Source: Spirochaetia bacterium (lineage in GTDB: Bacteria > Spirochaetota > Spirochaetia > SZUA-6 > Bin103). From it: 64,000 nt of DNA. Numbering within the stretch: position 1 is the first letter of the stretch; each line of letters begins with the position of its first letter. The DNA lies in the NCBI GenBank assembly GCA_965198005.1, contig CBDAOI010000004.1:2016001-2080000 (forward strand), read 5' to 3'. Shown piece by piece: positions 42,301-53,691 of the stretch. Both the position numbers and the translations under genes were made by a program. The notes under the pieces were generated by a model that saw only the letters and a list, made by a program, of their open reading frames with translations, did not search any database and was not told the DNA's origin.

Positions 42301-42862
42301 GGCGCGCCGCCGCGCCGACGAGCTGCAGGCACGGCTCCAGCAGCGGCTGCGGGCACTGAAGCTGGAGGCCCAACTCGCCCCGCTGCCGCCGGTCGTGCTG
42401 GGCGGGGTGCTGGTGATGCCGGCGGGTTTGATCGCGGCCATGGGCGGCCGGAAGACTGAGCCTTCGTCCCGCACCACGGCAGACACCCAGGAGGCCGCCG
42501 CTCGGGCGCGCGCCATCGTCATGGACACCGAGCGTGCCCTCGGCTTCGAACCCACCGACCGCGAATTCGAGCGCCTCGGCTACGACCTCGAGAGCCGCGT
42601 CCCCGGCACCGGCAAGCTGCGCTTCATCGAGGTCAAGGGCCGCATCCACGGCGCCGCCACCATCACCGTGACCCGCAACGAGGTTCTCTACTCGCTCAAC
42701 CAGCCCGACGACTACCGCCTCGCCATCGTCGAGTTCCTGGACGGCGACACCCACCGCGTCCACTACGTCCGCGCACCGTTCCGCCGCGAGCCGGACTTCG
42801 GCGTCACCAGCATCAACTACTCCTTCACCGACCTCCTCGCCCGCGCCGAGGCCCCATGCTGA
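39323..42862 (+). CDS. SNF2-family helicase with C-terminal DUF3883 nuclease-like domain
   Basis: LADDPGAGKT, DEAH, TATPH, ATDAAGEGINLQ, LEQRFGRIHRIG, GYDLES...FIEVKG; extended -10 TGcTATCAT just before GTG. Confidence 0.95.
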   Translation: MKLEDLQATATVRGILADAAVSVVSVRWFGSQALELTYRTAGGELGSEILYRDDEARLEIAEQGRPWSFDGDGELFRLVSEALRIRLAHLFDPALAVHTSLVEPLPHQITAVYEAMLPRQPLRFLLADDPGAGKTIMAGLLMKELIARGDLQRCLVVCPGSLAEQWQDELYRRFHLNFEIFTNDKLAAARTGNWFLEADLVIARLDKLARDAELQDKLQAPDCRWDLIVCDEAHKMAATFTGGEVKYTKRYRLGQLLGRLTRHFLLLTATPHNGKEEDFQLFMALLDGDRFEGRFRDGVHVVDVSDLMRRMVKERLLKFDGTPLFPERVAHTIPYQLSTVEAHLYRAVTSYVREEFNRAEALDNNKRAGTVGFALTLLQRRLASSPEAIYQSLRRRRQRLESRLRELELLRRGDQAAARVALPPGVELDPDDIDDLEDAPAGEWEETAQQILDQATAARSSAELRAEIRTLRHVEQVALGVRRSGNDAKWRELAGLLGEIFSRRATGQAAAPGHGRKLVIFTEHRDTLDYLRGRIATVQGRDQAVVVIHGGMGREERMKAQEAFLHNRDVQILLATDAAGEGINLQRAHLMVNYDLPWNPNRLEQRFGRIHRIGQTEVCHLWNLVADETREGDVYRRLLDKLEQARQTLGGQVFDVLGKLQFGGRPLRDLLLEAIRYGEQPSVRARLTTALEHALDRAALRDLLEDQALAPDAMDATRVQRVREELERAAARRLQPHYVESFFRAAFARLGGSIGRREPRRYEITHVPGAVRNRDRLIGVGEPVSARYERIAFDKALVSLPGKPQAAFVCPGHPLLDAVLDLTLERQRDLLKRGTVLVDEGDTRSAPRVLFYLEHAIQDASRTRTGERRVVSKRLLYVELAESGAPCHLHYAPYLDYRPLTPEEPAVAAVMERPECAWITGDLEQRALEHAVTDVVPEHLDEVRNAKLGLIAKTEAAVKERLTKEIAYWDHRAAQLQLQEQAGRTGARLVSGEARRRADELQARLQQRLRALKLEAQLAPLPPVVLGGVLVMPAGLIAAMGGRKTEPSSRTTADTQEAAARARAIVMDTERALGFEPTDREFERLGYDLESRVPGTGKLRFIEVKGRIHGAATITVTRNEVLYSLNQPDDYRLAIVEFLDGDTHRVHYVRAPFRREPDFGVTSINYSFTDLLARAEAPC

Positions 42863-43139
42863 CGCCCCCGTGCCCAGGGTACCCGTGCATGTGGCAGACA
42901 GGCGGTCAAGTAAGGCGTCGATCTGCTCGTCGAAAGATAGGTAACTCTATATTGCAGAGCCAATTAAAGTACAATAGATGGTGTCAAGTTCGGTGTCCTG
43001 CAACGCGCCAAGTTCCGAGATCGTTCCCGGTTGCGAGGCTGCCAACGGCGGGGCGACCACCGCGCACATCAGACGCCGCGCCACTTTGCCTTGACGGTGG
43101 GTGGCAATATACTCGAATACCTTCGAGGATGTGGAGCCG

Positions 43140-43370
43140 ATGAACGATAACGCGCGAGGAACGATCACGTACCTCGACGACGAAGAGCGTGATCTCATCA
43201 AGTGGATCGAAAACGAGGAGTGGGTTCCCGTAACTGATGTCGAAACAGTTAAAGAGCGGGCTCGTCGGCATGCGATCGCGACTATGCAGCAAGACAAGAG
43301 ACTCAACTCCGTGGGACTTGGTCCTAACCTGCCAACAGCACCAGTGTCACTCGATGGCCTCGATCGTTGA
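43140..43370 (+). pseudogene. CopG-like antitoxin remnant
   Basis: YLDDEERDLIKWIENEEW...QDKRLN resembles 6630-6926; C-terminus lost; RIPSR toxin trace upstream. Confidence 0.6.
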
Positions 43371-43439
43371 CATGGTTGACTCAAATTGTGGCGGCGTGAA
43401 ATGGTACAGACGATCCGGATCGCCGGCCAAGTGTGCAGC

Positions 43440-44477
43440 ATGACGACACCACAGCCCTCAGACAACCCTTGGATGCGCTCAACCTCGTTCGCCACGATGC
43501 TGCGCATACTGCACATAGCAGCTGCCTCACCGCATGGCCTGACGTCGAGAGAGATCGACTCGAAGCTACTGGAAACGTTACCCGCTGCCCGACGAAGCAT
43601 GCCTCCGGCAAGAACGACACTCTATCACCATCGTAACACGTTGCTCAAGCTTCAGGCACTGCAGCGACATGGATCCACAATACAACCTAACCGCAGCCAT
43701 CCAGCAGTGCAGAGACTACTGGGCCAGCACATTCTGGAAGATGGAGGACTTCACGAGACCGCTCAAGATCAGTTTGCAGATCTGGTGCTGAATAGCCCGG
43801 GGTGCCGGGAGCTGTTCTTTGATCTGTTTCTACCTCGTGGAGATAGCGAGTGCTTATCGGTGCGCGATTTTCGCTACTCTGGACTCCCGGTAATCTGGGT
43901 TAGGCAGGATTATGGCGGCACTGCCTCTGTGCTTCTGAGGAATGATGTAACGGGTCGCACTCTTCTTTGTGAATCGGAAGTGGCCATCAAGGCTGTACTC
44001 TACGGGTTGCGGTACTGGGCGCGAGATGAGCTCGCGCTCGTCGACGAGTACTCTCGGGTCGACGGAACCACCATTATGTTTCCGATCACTAGGGTTAGGT
44101 CGGTACGCTCAATGGTCCATCTGATACTCTCCCTCCGTCACCAAGCTGACGAGTGGACCCTATTCTCCGTGGTGGAACTGATCGAGAGATGCTGCGTGCG
44201 TAGACGCCACCCGATTGGGACCCTCTTCGAGGCTCTCAGGTGGCTTTCGAACGAATGGCATAGCCACGTTACGCTTATTCCGACCACATTCGCTCTTGCC
44301 ACGCTCGCCGCCCGATCTCCGGGAAGAGAGCAGCTTGAACTCCGACGATACTTTCGGAGAACTGATACCGACGCCTATGTGTCCCATGTACGAATCCACC
44401 GCGACATTCCGCTTGATCCGGAACAGGTGAAACATCCACATGTCTACGATACCGCCGCAGCTCCGGCTCACGTTTAA
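43440..44477 (+). CDS. Hypothetical protein, probable winged-HTH domains
   Basis: PHGLTSREID...RTTLYHHRNTLLKLQAL; overlaps the ATPase gene. Confidence 0.7.
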   Translation: MTTPQPSDNPWMRSTSFATMLRILHIAAASPHGLTSREIDSKLLETLPAARRSMPPARTTLYHHRNTLLKLQALQRHGSTIQPNRSHPAVQRLLGQHILEDGGLHETAQDQFADLVLNSPGCRELFFDLFLPRGDSECLSVRDFRYSGLPVIWVRQDYGGTASVLLRNDVTGRTLLCESEVAIKAVLYGLRYWARDELALVDEYSRVDGTTIMFPITRVRSVRSMVHLILSLRHQADEWTLFSVVELIERCCVRRRHPIGTLFEALRWLSNEWHSHVTLIPTTFALATLAARSPGREQLELRRYFRRTDTDAYVSHVRIHRDIPLDPEQVKHPHVYDTAAAPAHV

Positions 44478-45621
44478 CCCGTTCGAGCCGGTTGCGTCCG
44501 GCGCACCGCACGGCAGCGACCTGGCTCCTCCGTTCGGCATTGCAGATGAGGTCCACACGTTGCTCGGCGGGTACCAGTCGGCGCGTGGGGCCAAGGGTGC
44601 GACGATAGTAGGAGAGTATGGGACTGGAAAGACCTGCCTGCTGCATTGGCTGCAGCAGCAAGAGCTTCCGAAGAATCGCATCGTGCCGTTCTATTTTGAT
44701 AACCCAGGCGTACAGTTCTATGATCTTGCGAACGAGTTGCTGCGTCAGATAGGTCGGAAGGACTTTGCTAAGTTCGTGTGGGAACTCGCCAGTCCACATG
44801 TTGGAGATCATCAGCTTGATCTTTTCGAGCGCGGCTTCGAGGCATATGTTCGGGCGTCTCCCCAGCGCAAGCAACGCGCGGACATAACCGCCCAGCTACA
44901 GCAAGCGATCGCGCGGACGGAAGTAACATCTGACGATGAGATAGCATATTGTCTTGCTCGCCTCGTTACCGAGACGGTGAGCAAACCGTACTTCGAATAC
45001 CGTGATTTTGTACCGGCTAACGCCGCCAGCATCGTTGCCGAGCGCGAGGAAGCACGCTACTTCCGTGCGATACTGAAGACGATATCGTCCGGATTGAAAG
45101 CGACTGGTATAGCCTTCTTGATCGATGAGTTCGAGGAAATTGGACTACAGAAAAGGCTCGGCAGACGCGCGGCACATGATTACCTCGCAACGGTTAAGCG
45201 GTTGCTGAATATCGCTGCAGGAGGCGAACCAGCTTTCTGGCTTTTTTTGTCGATGACACCGGAGGCTCATGACACCAGTCGGGAGCTTGAGCCGGCGCTT
45301 TTCGAGCGACTTCAGGCAGGTCTGGAACTGCGGCCGCTGACTGGAAAGGCTGCGTTGGACCTCATGAGGAACAGGATACGCTCAGCTCGAGCGGGGGAGC
45401 GGGAGCACGGCAAGAGTCAGCTGTTCCCGTTCCCAGAGCGCGTTGACTTTCTCCGACCGACTACTTATTCGAACCCGCGCAGGTTGGTCAAGACCTGCTC
45501 GTTCGCGATCGCCGACTCGACTGCGAATACCGCGGTTCCGTTCACCGCTGAATATCTTCAGGCCGTAGAGACGAAACTGTATCCTACCGATTCTCCGAGC
45601 GTAGGGAATTCTGCATCGTGA
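44440..45621 (+). CDS. P-loop (AAA+/STAND-like) ATPase
   Basis: GEYGTGKT, FLIDEFEE, ALFERL, NPRRLV. Confidence 0.85.
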   Translation: MSTIPPQLRLTFNPFEPVASGAPHGSDLAPPFGIADEVHTLLGGYQSARGAKGATIVGEYGTGKTCLLHWLQQQELPKNRIVPFYFDNPGVQFYDLANELLRQIGRKDFAKFVWELASPHVGDHQLDLFERGFEAYVRASPQRKQRADITAQLQQAIARTEVTSDDEIAYCLARLVTETVSKPYFEYRDFVPANAASIVAEREEARYFRAILKTISSGLKATGIAFLIDEFEEIGLQKRLGRRAAHDYLATVKRLLNIAAGGEPAFWLFLSMTPEAHDTSRELEPALFERLQAGLELRPLTGKAALDLMRNRIRSARAGEREHGKSQLFPFPERVDFLRPTTYSNPRRLVKTCSFAIADSTANTAVPFTAEYLQAVETKLYPTDSPSVGNSAS

Positions 45622-46370
45622 GTCATGCTTCTTACCACTACAAGAAAGTGGCATTTCTGGACACGAACACAATTCACTACGTGCGACTCTGTTTGAGCTA
45701 CGCACAAGAGCGTGTCCTGCACCCGTTCGGTCCGGCATCGACAAGTAGCTGGGACGACCTTAATCCGAGCATCCGCACGTTGTCCAGAGGCCTTCGACAG
45801 CATCTTAAGATTGGAATCAAGGTCCTCCAGTTCCTCGAACACAGAGGTGTGGACGTCAAATACTCCCGGATCTCAGAGATCGAATTAATTGCCGGCATGA
45901 TTCGTGGCAAAGCAATTGAGAGCGCTGCTCGCGACGAGGTCCCGCACCGCATGCTGACCAGGATGCCGGAATCCGAAATCGCCGACCGAGTGAGCGAACA
46001 GGATCTGAGTCAGGTAGGCGCTGCCCTTGATGAACTCCCGTCGCTACTGGACGCGTTGAATATTACGATCACTGCGACGGACAGAAATAGGGAATCTGAT
46101 GTACTGGGACTCGCAGCGAGGATCGCCCGGTTGCGCTATCTCGAACCGGTGGATGTCGTCATCTACGCCGAGGCGGTGCTAGCTCAGGCCGACTACTTGA
46201 TTACCAGCGATGGCTATCTGCGTACGGTCACGAATGACATTCGAAACACCAAAAGGGCTCCGTTCGGCAATATCCGTACCCAGGTGATCCAAATCGCAGC
46301 AGATGCCCTACTCCAGGAACCCGGTAGTGTGATCCTGCCGGATGCACCAAAGAAGCTCGTTAGGAGCTGA
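45618..46370 (+). CDS. PIN-domain protein (250 aa)
   Basis: AFLDTNTI, SEIEL, DVVIYAEA, DYLITSD. Confidence 0.75.
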   Translation: MSHASYHYKKVAFLDTNTIHYVRLCLSYAQERVLHPFGPASTSSWDDLNPSIRTLSRGLRQHLKIGIKVLQFLEHRGVDVKYSRISEIELIAGMIRGKAIESAARDEVPHRMLTRMPESEIADRVSEQDLSQVGAALDELPSLLDALNITITATDRNRESDVLGLAARIARLRYLEPVDVVIYAEAVLAQADYLITSDGYLRTVTNDIRNTKRAPFGNIRTQVIQIAADALLQEPGSVILPDAPKKLVRS

Positions 46371-47601
46371 TCTCGACTTCAGCGTGGCATATCATGTCGT
46401 CGAATACCCGGCAGCGAGGCGTTGGGTAACACCTCAGACAGCCCGCGCACAACCGGTCCACCGATGGTACCTGTTCCCGCATAGTTTCACCGGCGATCTC
46501 GTGCACGCTCTCGTCGATGAATGGGGTCTGAGTAACCACGATCGGATTCTCGACCCGTTCGTTGGCGCAGGGACGACATTGGTCAGTGCCAGGGAGCGTA
46601 ACGTGTCAGCGTTTGGCTATGACATATCGCCACTTGCGGTTCTGATTGCTAACACCAAGACATCGAGATATTCCGAGGAGCGCCTCGCCACGTGCTGGCG
46701 CTCTCTCTTGGCATCTCAAGGCCTATTCGACGATAGGGTCTCCGTAGATGTTGCTGATTTGGTTCGTCGGGCGCTTCCCGACGGACGACTGGAGGCGTTT
46801 CAGTCTCTCCACAATTGCATCATGGAACTTGACGGTGCTTCGCCCGAACGCGACTTCTTTCGGCTGGCGTTGCTTGCCATACTCCCTCAATTCAGTGCGA
46901 CTGCTGCAAATGGAGGGTGGCTGCGATGGAGGGTGGCCGGTCTTCCTGCCGAGCAGGTCGTCCATGCGTTTGCCGAACGGGTAAGGATGATGCTGGCTGA
47001 AGTCGAGCATTACCGGCGACCAGTGACGGGCACTTGGAGCGCAGCCCTCGCCGATGCCCGCGACCTGCCGGATGCGGAGGCCACCTACTCGGCAGTCATC
47101 ACCTCGCCACCGTATCCTAACCGACACGACTACACTCGGGTCTTCGGTGTAGAGCTGATGTTCGCGTTCCTGAGCTCGGAGGAAACGCGACAACTTCGCC
47201 ATCGTAGTTTCCATTCTCATCCGGAAGCCCGTCCAAGTCGTGGTAATGCACCGGAGTACGACTCTCCACGGCGTCTGGAAAGGGACTTGCACCTGTTTGG
47301 CGACGCTCGGATCCAACGGATGCTGCGCGGGTATTTCCTGGATATGTATCTGTGCTTGCGCGAGATAAGGCGAGTATGTCGCGTCGGCGCCAGAATTGCC
47401 TTGGTAGTCGGCAACGTACGGTATAGAGGCCACCCGATCATGGTAGATGAGCTGACCGCTGAGGTTGGTGAGCAGGCCGGATTGAGCTGTCGTGAGATCC
47501 GTGTGGCACGATGGCGGGGGAACAGCGCGCAGCAGATGGGCCGGTTTGGCCGCACGGCATCGCGCGAGAGCCTGGTTGTGTTTGAGAACGACGGGGCGTA
47601 A
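46342..47601 (+). CDS. DNA amino-methyltransferase (alpha order, probably m4C)
   Basis: HRWYLFPHSF, ILDPFVGAGTT (motif I), VITSPPY (motif IV). Confidence 0.88.
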   Translation: MHQRSSLGADLDFSVAYHVVEYPAARRWVTPQTARAQPVHRWYLFPHSFTGDLVHALVDEWGLSNHDRILDPFVGAGTTLVSARERNVSAFGYDISPLAVLIANTKTSRYSEERLATCWRSLLASQGLFDDRVSVDVADLVRRALPDGRLEAFQSLHNCIMELDGASPERDFFRLALLAILPQFSATAANGGWLRWRVAGLPAEQVVHAFAERVRMMLAEVEHYRRPVTGTWSAALADARDLPDAEATYSAVITSPPYPNRHDYTRVFGVELMFAFLSSEETRQLRHRSFHSHPEARPSRGNAPEYDSPRRLERDLHLFGDARIQRMLRGYFLDMYLCLREIRRVCRVGARIALVVGNVRYRGHPIMVDELTAEVGEQAGLSCREIRVARWRGNSAQQMGRFGRTASRESLVVFENDGA

Positions 47602-47928
47602 CAAAGCGAAGCGGCTCTCGATGTCGTAGCCGAGGCGCTCGACTTGCGGGCGGTGGGCTCGAAGCCCGGGCTGCCTTCCATAGTCCTCTCGGTGCACGAG
47701 TCCGTTGCCGCGCTCTGGCCGGCGTCAGGCCGCAGCGGGGTGCAACGCGTGCGGCGCTCCGCGCCCGACCGCCGCAGCAGGGGGAGGGGCGAACGCATGT
47801 GCCATAGCCGCTGTGGGCCATTGCTCACCTGCGCGTTGCCATGCTCGTCGCAACACCCCCGTACGCCGGTCGTCTGTCACGCCACGTCGGTCGACTGGCT
47901 GCTCGGTGTGGCCAGGCCATTATATTAG

Positions 47929-47963
47929 TTTACAAACGATGGCCAGAGGTGCTATACTGTAAA
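47929..47963 (+). promoter_or_regulatory. Sigma70-type promoter with overlapping inverted repeat
   Basis: TTTACA-N18-TATACT; TTTACA...TGTAAA inverted pair; GAGGAGG RBS downstream. Confidence 0.6.
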
Positions 47964-47985
47964 TCGTCCGAGGAGGGGACCGGTC

Positions 47986-49080
47986 ATGGTTGGGAGAAGG
48001 CTCAAACTCGCTCGCGCGGCTACTGGGCTGTCCCTGCGCGGGCTGGAACGGCGAATCGGCGGCCGCGTGACGGCCCAGGCGATAGGAAAATATGAGCGCG
48101 ATGAATCGATGCCGAGTTCCGGGGTTCTCATTGCGTTGGTGGAAGCGCTGGGCGTATCCGTCGAGTACCTGGTGAGTGAGCAGCACCTTGTACTCGAAAC
48201 GGTCGAGTTCAGGAAGAAGACGATCTCGCGCAAACGCGACGAGGCGCGAGTGCAAGCCCGGGTGGTGGACATGATGGAGCGCTATCTTACCGTTGAGCAG
48301 GTACTTGCTCTACCGAGCGTCGCTTGGGCAAGGCCCCGTGAGGCGCCCTATCCCGTGGTCGGCGACCTGACGGGTGCCGAGCGAGCAGCCCGCAGCCTGC
48401 GCCGACACTGGGATCTTGGACGAAAACCGATCGCAAGCATGGTTGAGTTGCTGGAGGAGTCCGGTATCAAGGTTCTGGCATCCGAGCTCACCGACATTGC
48501 GGGCCTGACCGCGTACGCGCGTTTGGGTGATAGACAGGTCGAACCGTTTATCGTGCTAAACGGACAGCACTCGGGAGAGCGGCAACGTTTCACGCTGGCC
48601 CACGAACTCGGACACTTGGTGCTCGCCGTGGATGCCGACATCAATGCGGAGAAGGCGGCTCATCGCTTCGCAGCCGCCTTCCTCATGCCGCCCGACGCCC
48701 TGCGGATGGAGATCGGCGCCCGCCGCACCTCCATTGGATGGAGCGAGCTGCTCAGCCTGAAGCGCGTGTTCGGGGTCAGCGTGCAGGCACTCGTGTATCG
48801 CTGCCGCGACCTCGCCATCATCAGCGAGGCGTTGTACCGGCGCCTGTTTCGAGAAATGTCGCGGCTTGGCTGGAGAACCCCACCCTACACCGAGCCGCAC
48901 CCGATCCCAGTGGAGGAGCCCACCCGGTTCGTGCGGCTATGCCTGCGCGCCATGGCCGAGAACGTCATCTCCGAGCGCAAGGCCGCCGAGTTGCTTGATA
49001 TGTCGGTCCACGATTTGAACCGTAGTATCGCGACGCCCCCTGAGGTAGTGGACGCCGTCCGAGCAATGGTAGGGACTTGA
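47986..49080 (+). CDS. XRE HTH + ImmA/IrrE metallopeptidase
   Basis: GRRLKLAR...AIGKYE; RQRFTLAHELGH; EKAAHRFAAAFLMP. Confidence 0.92.
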   Translation: MVGRRLKLARAATGLSLRGLERRIGGRVTAQAIGKYERDESMPSSGVLIALVEALGVSVEYLVSEQHLVLETVEFRKKTISRKRDEARVQARVVDMMERYLTVEQVLALPSVAWARPREAPYPVVGDLTGAERAARSLRRHWDLGRKPIASMVELLEESGIKVLASELTDIAGLTAYARLGDRQVEPFIVLNGQHSGERQRFTLAHELGHLVLAVDADINAEKAAHRFAAAFLMPPDALRMEIGARRTSIGWSELLSLKRVFGVSVQALVYRCRDLAIISEALYRRLFREMSRLGWRTPPYTEPHPIPVEEPTRFVRLCLRAMAENVISERKAAELLDMSVHDLNRSIATPPEVVDAVRAMVGT

Positions 49081-49147
49081 TGACTATCCGTTCGCAGATT
49101 ATCGAACCGACGTTGCTCGTCCACCTGGTATACCTTGGAACTCGCCA

Positions 49148-50704
49148 ATGAAACAGAGCAAAGACAGTATCAGTCAACAAGCAATAGAATGGTCGATACT
49201 GCACCTTCAAAAGCACGGCGACACGGATATTTTTCCAAAGCCATTTGAGTACACAGCAGTGGGAGATCAGGCCATCCGTGAACATGTAGCGAAAGTTGAT
49301 CTCGCATGTTACAAGACGAGAGATGCGCGGATGATTCTCGTGCCGAAAGCGGGATATGGGTTTCGTGTGAGCCATCAGCTCGATCCTATCGACTCAATCG
49401 TCTACACGGCATCAGTATATGAGATCAGCAAAGATATTGAGCGTTGGAGAGTACCAGTCGACGAGCGTATTGCATGTTCCTATCGGATACAACCTACGGA
49501 CGATGGTGATTTCTTCCCGCGTGATAACGGATGGTCAAGCTACTACGAGCAGTCCTCCATGCTCGCCAATATTCATCGATACGTTCTGCACATCGACGTT
49601 GCCGCATTCTATAACCAGATCTATCATCACCGACTTCAAGGAGCGCTTGACGAAGCTGGAATATCTCTAGAACGGTCGAAGAACATTGAACGATTCCTAG
49701 GTAGTTTAACGGCAAGACAGTCTCAGGGTATACCGATCGGTCCTGCAGCGTCTCATGTTCTCGCGGAAGCATGCTTGAACGACGTGGACCGATCTCTGAA
49801 GGATAAGGGATACAACTTCACGCGCTATGTCGATAATATCCGGATGTTTTTTAGCGATCGACGGACATCCTGGAATGCGCTGCATCATGTTACTCAGTAT
49901 CTCTACACGGCTCACCGGTTATCCATTCAGGACTCGAAGACACAATTCGAGGCAGCGACGGAGTTCAAGTCGGAACGATTGGAAGATCCGCAATTCCGGG
50001 AAGATCAACAGAAGGAGCGAGCACTAGACGATCTCATTAGCGAGATGCGGGAGGCGAGCGGATACGAGGACATCGGGATTCACGATCTGGGAGAAGATGC
50101 TGACAAGGAGTTGCGCAGGGTCTTGGAGGAGCTGTTTCGCGAGGCGATTGATCATACACCGGTGAAGTTTGGCATGATACGACACGTGCTGCGCAGAGCG
50201 AAGTCGATGCGATCGCGTGTGCTGCATCCTGGAGTGCTTGAGAAACTCGAGAGCCTCATTCCCGTTTTTCGTGACGTTTGTCTCTATCTTATGCACACCT
50301 TGCCCACCGATCAATGTCGGGCACGCGAAGTGGGTGACAGGCTACTCGAGATCGCGTGCCGGTCGGATTGGTCCTGTGCATTTGTTCAGCTCTGGGTGCT
50401 TCACGTACTACAGGAGAAGCCGCGTGCGGCGAGGTATGAGGATGCTGTCAAACTTGCTCGTTCAGCGGAGAGCGAGTTGGGAATCAGGCCGATGGCGCTG
50501 CTCGCGCGGGCCTTCAAGAAGACCCACTGGGTACGTGGCAAAAAGGAGACCGTGATGGCTTTGTCGCCATGGGATCGACGAGCGGTAATCTACGCGGGAC
50601 AGATTCTCCCTGCCAAGGAGAAGAAGATCTGGTTGAATATGATCAAGGAGAAGGGAGATCATTTGGATATAGCGGTGGCTAACTGCCTGCTGTCTTCGAG
50701 CTAG
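49148..50704 (+). CDS. Reverse transcriptase, UG/Abi (DRT-like) type with helical C-terminal domain
   Basis: VPK..GFR..QLDPID, IDVAAFYNQIYHH, GIPIGPAASHVLAE, RYVDNI, SKT. Confidence 0.88.
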   Translation: MKQSKDSISQQAIEWSILHLQKHGDTDIFPKPFEYTAVGDQAIREHVAKVDLACYKTRDARMILVPKAGYGFRVSHQLDPIDSIVYTASVYEISKDIERWRVPVDERIACSYRIQPTDDGDFFPRDNGWSSYYEQSSMLANIHRYVLHIDVAAFYNQIYHHRLQGALDEAGISLERSKNIERFLGSLTARQSQGIPIGPAASHVLAEACLNDVDRSLKDKGYNFTRYVDNIRMFFSDRRTSWNALHHVTQYLYTAHRLSIQDSKTQFEAATEFKSERLEDPQFREDQQKERALDDLISEMREASGYEDIGIHDLGEDADKELRRVLEELFREAIDHTPVKFGMIRHVLRRAKSMRSRVLHPGVLEKLESLIPVFRDVCLYLMHTLPTDQCRAREVGDRLLEIACRSDWSCAFVQLWVLHVLQEKPRAARYEDAVKLARSAESELGIRPMALLARAFKKTHWVRGKKETVMALSPWDRRAVIYAGQILPAKEKKIWLNMIKEKGDHLDIAVANCLLSSS

Positions 50705-50793
50705 GTGAGTGCTGACTACTTTGGATGGGTATTGCAGAGTCTTGCTTGTGTTAAAGCGCTTAGCCGTACCCGACGGCTGGCGCGGCGGATACG

Positions 50794-53687
<2,894 letters not shown>

Positions 53688-53691
<4 letters not shown>

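Noticed and set aside
47601-49148. Retron msr-msd or DGR template for the RT
   Set aside because: No VTG motif, no a1/a2 inverted repeats and no TR/VR pair with adenine-specific mismatches were seen.
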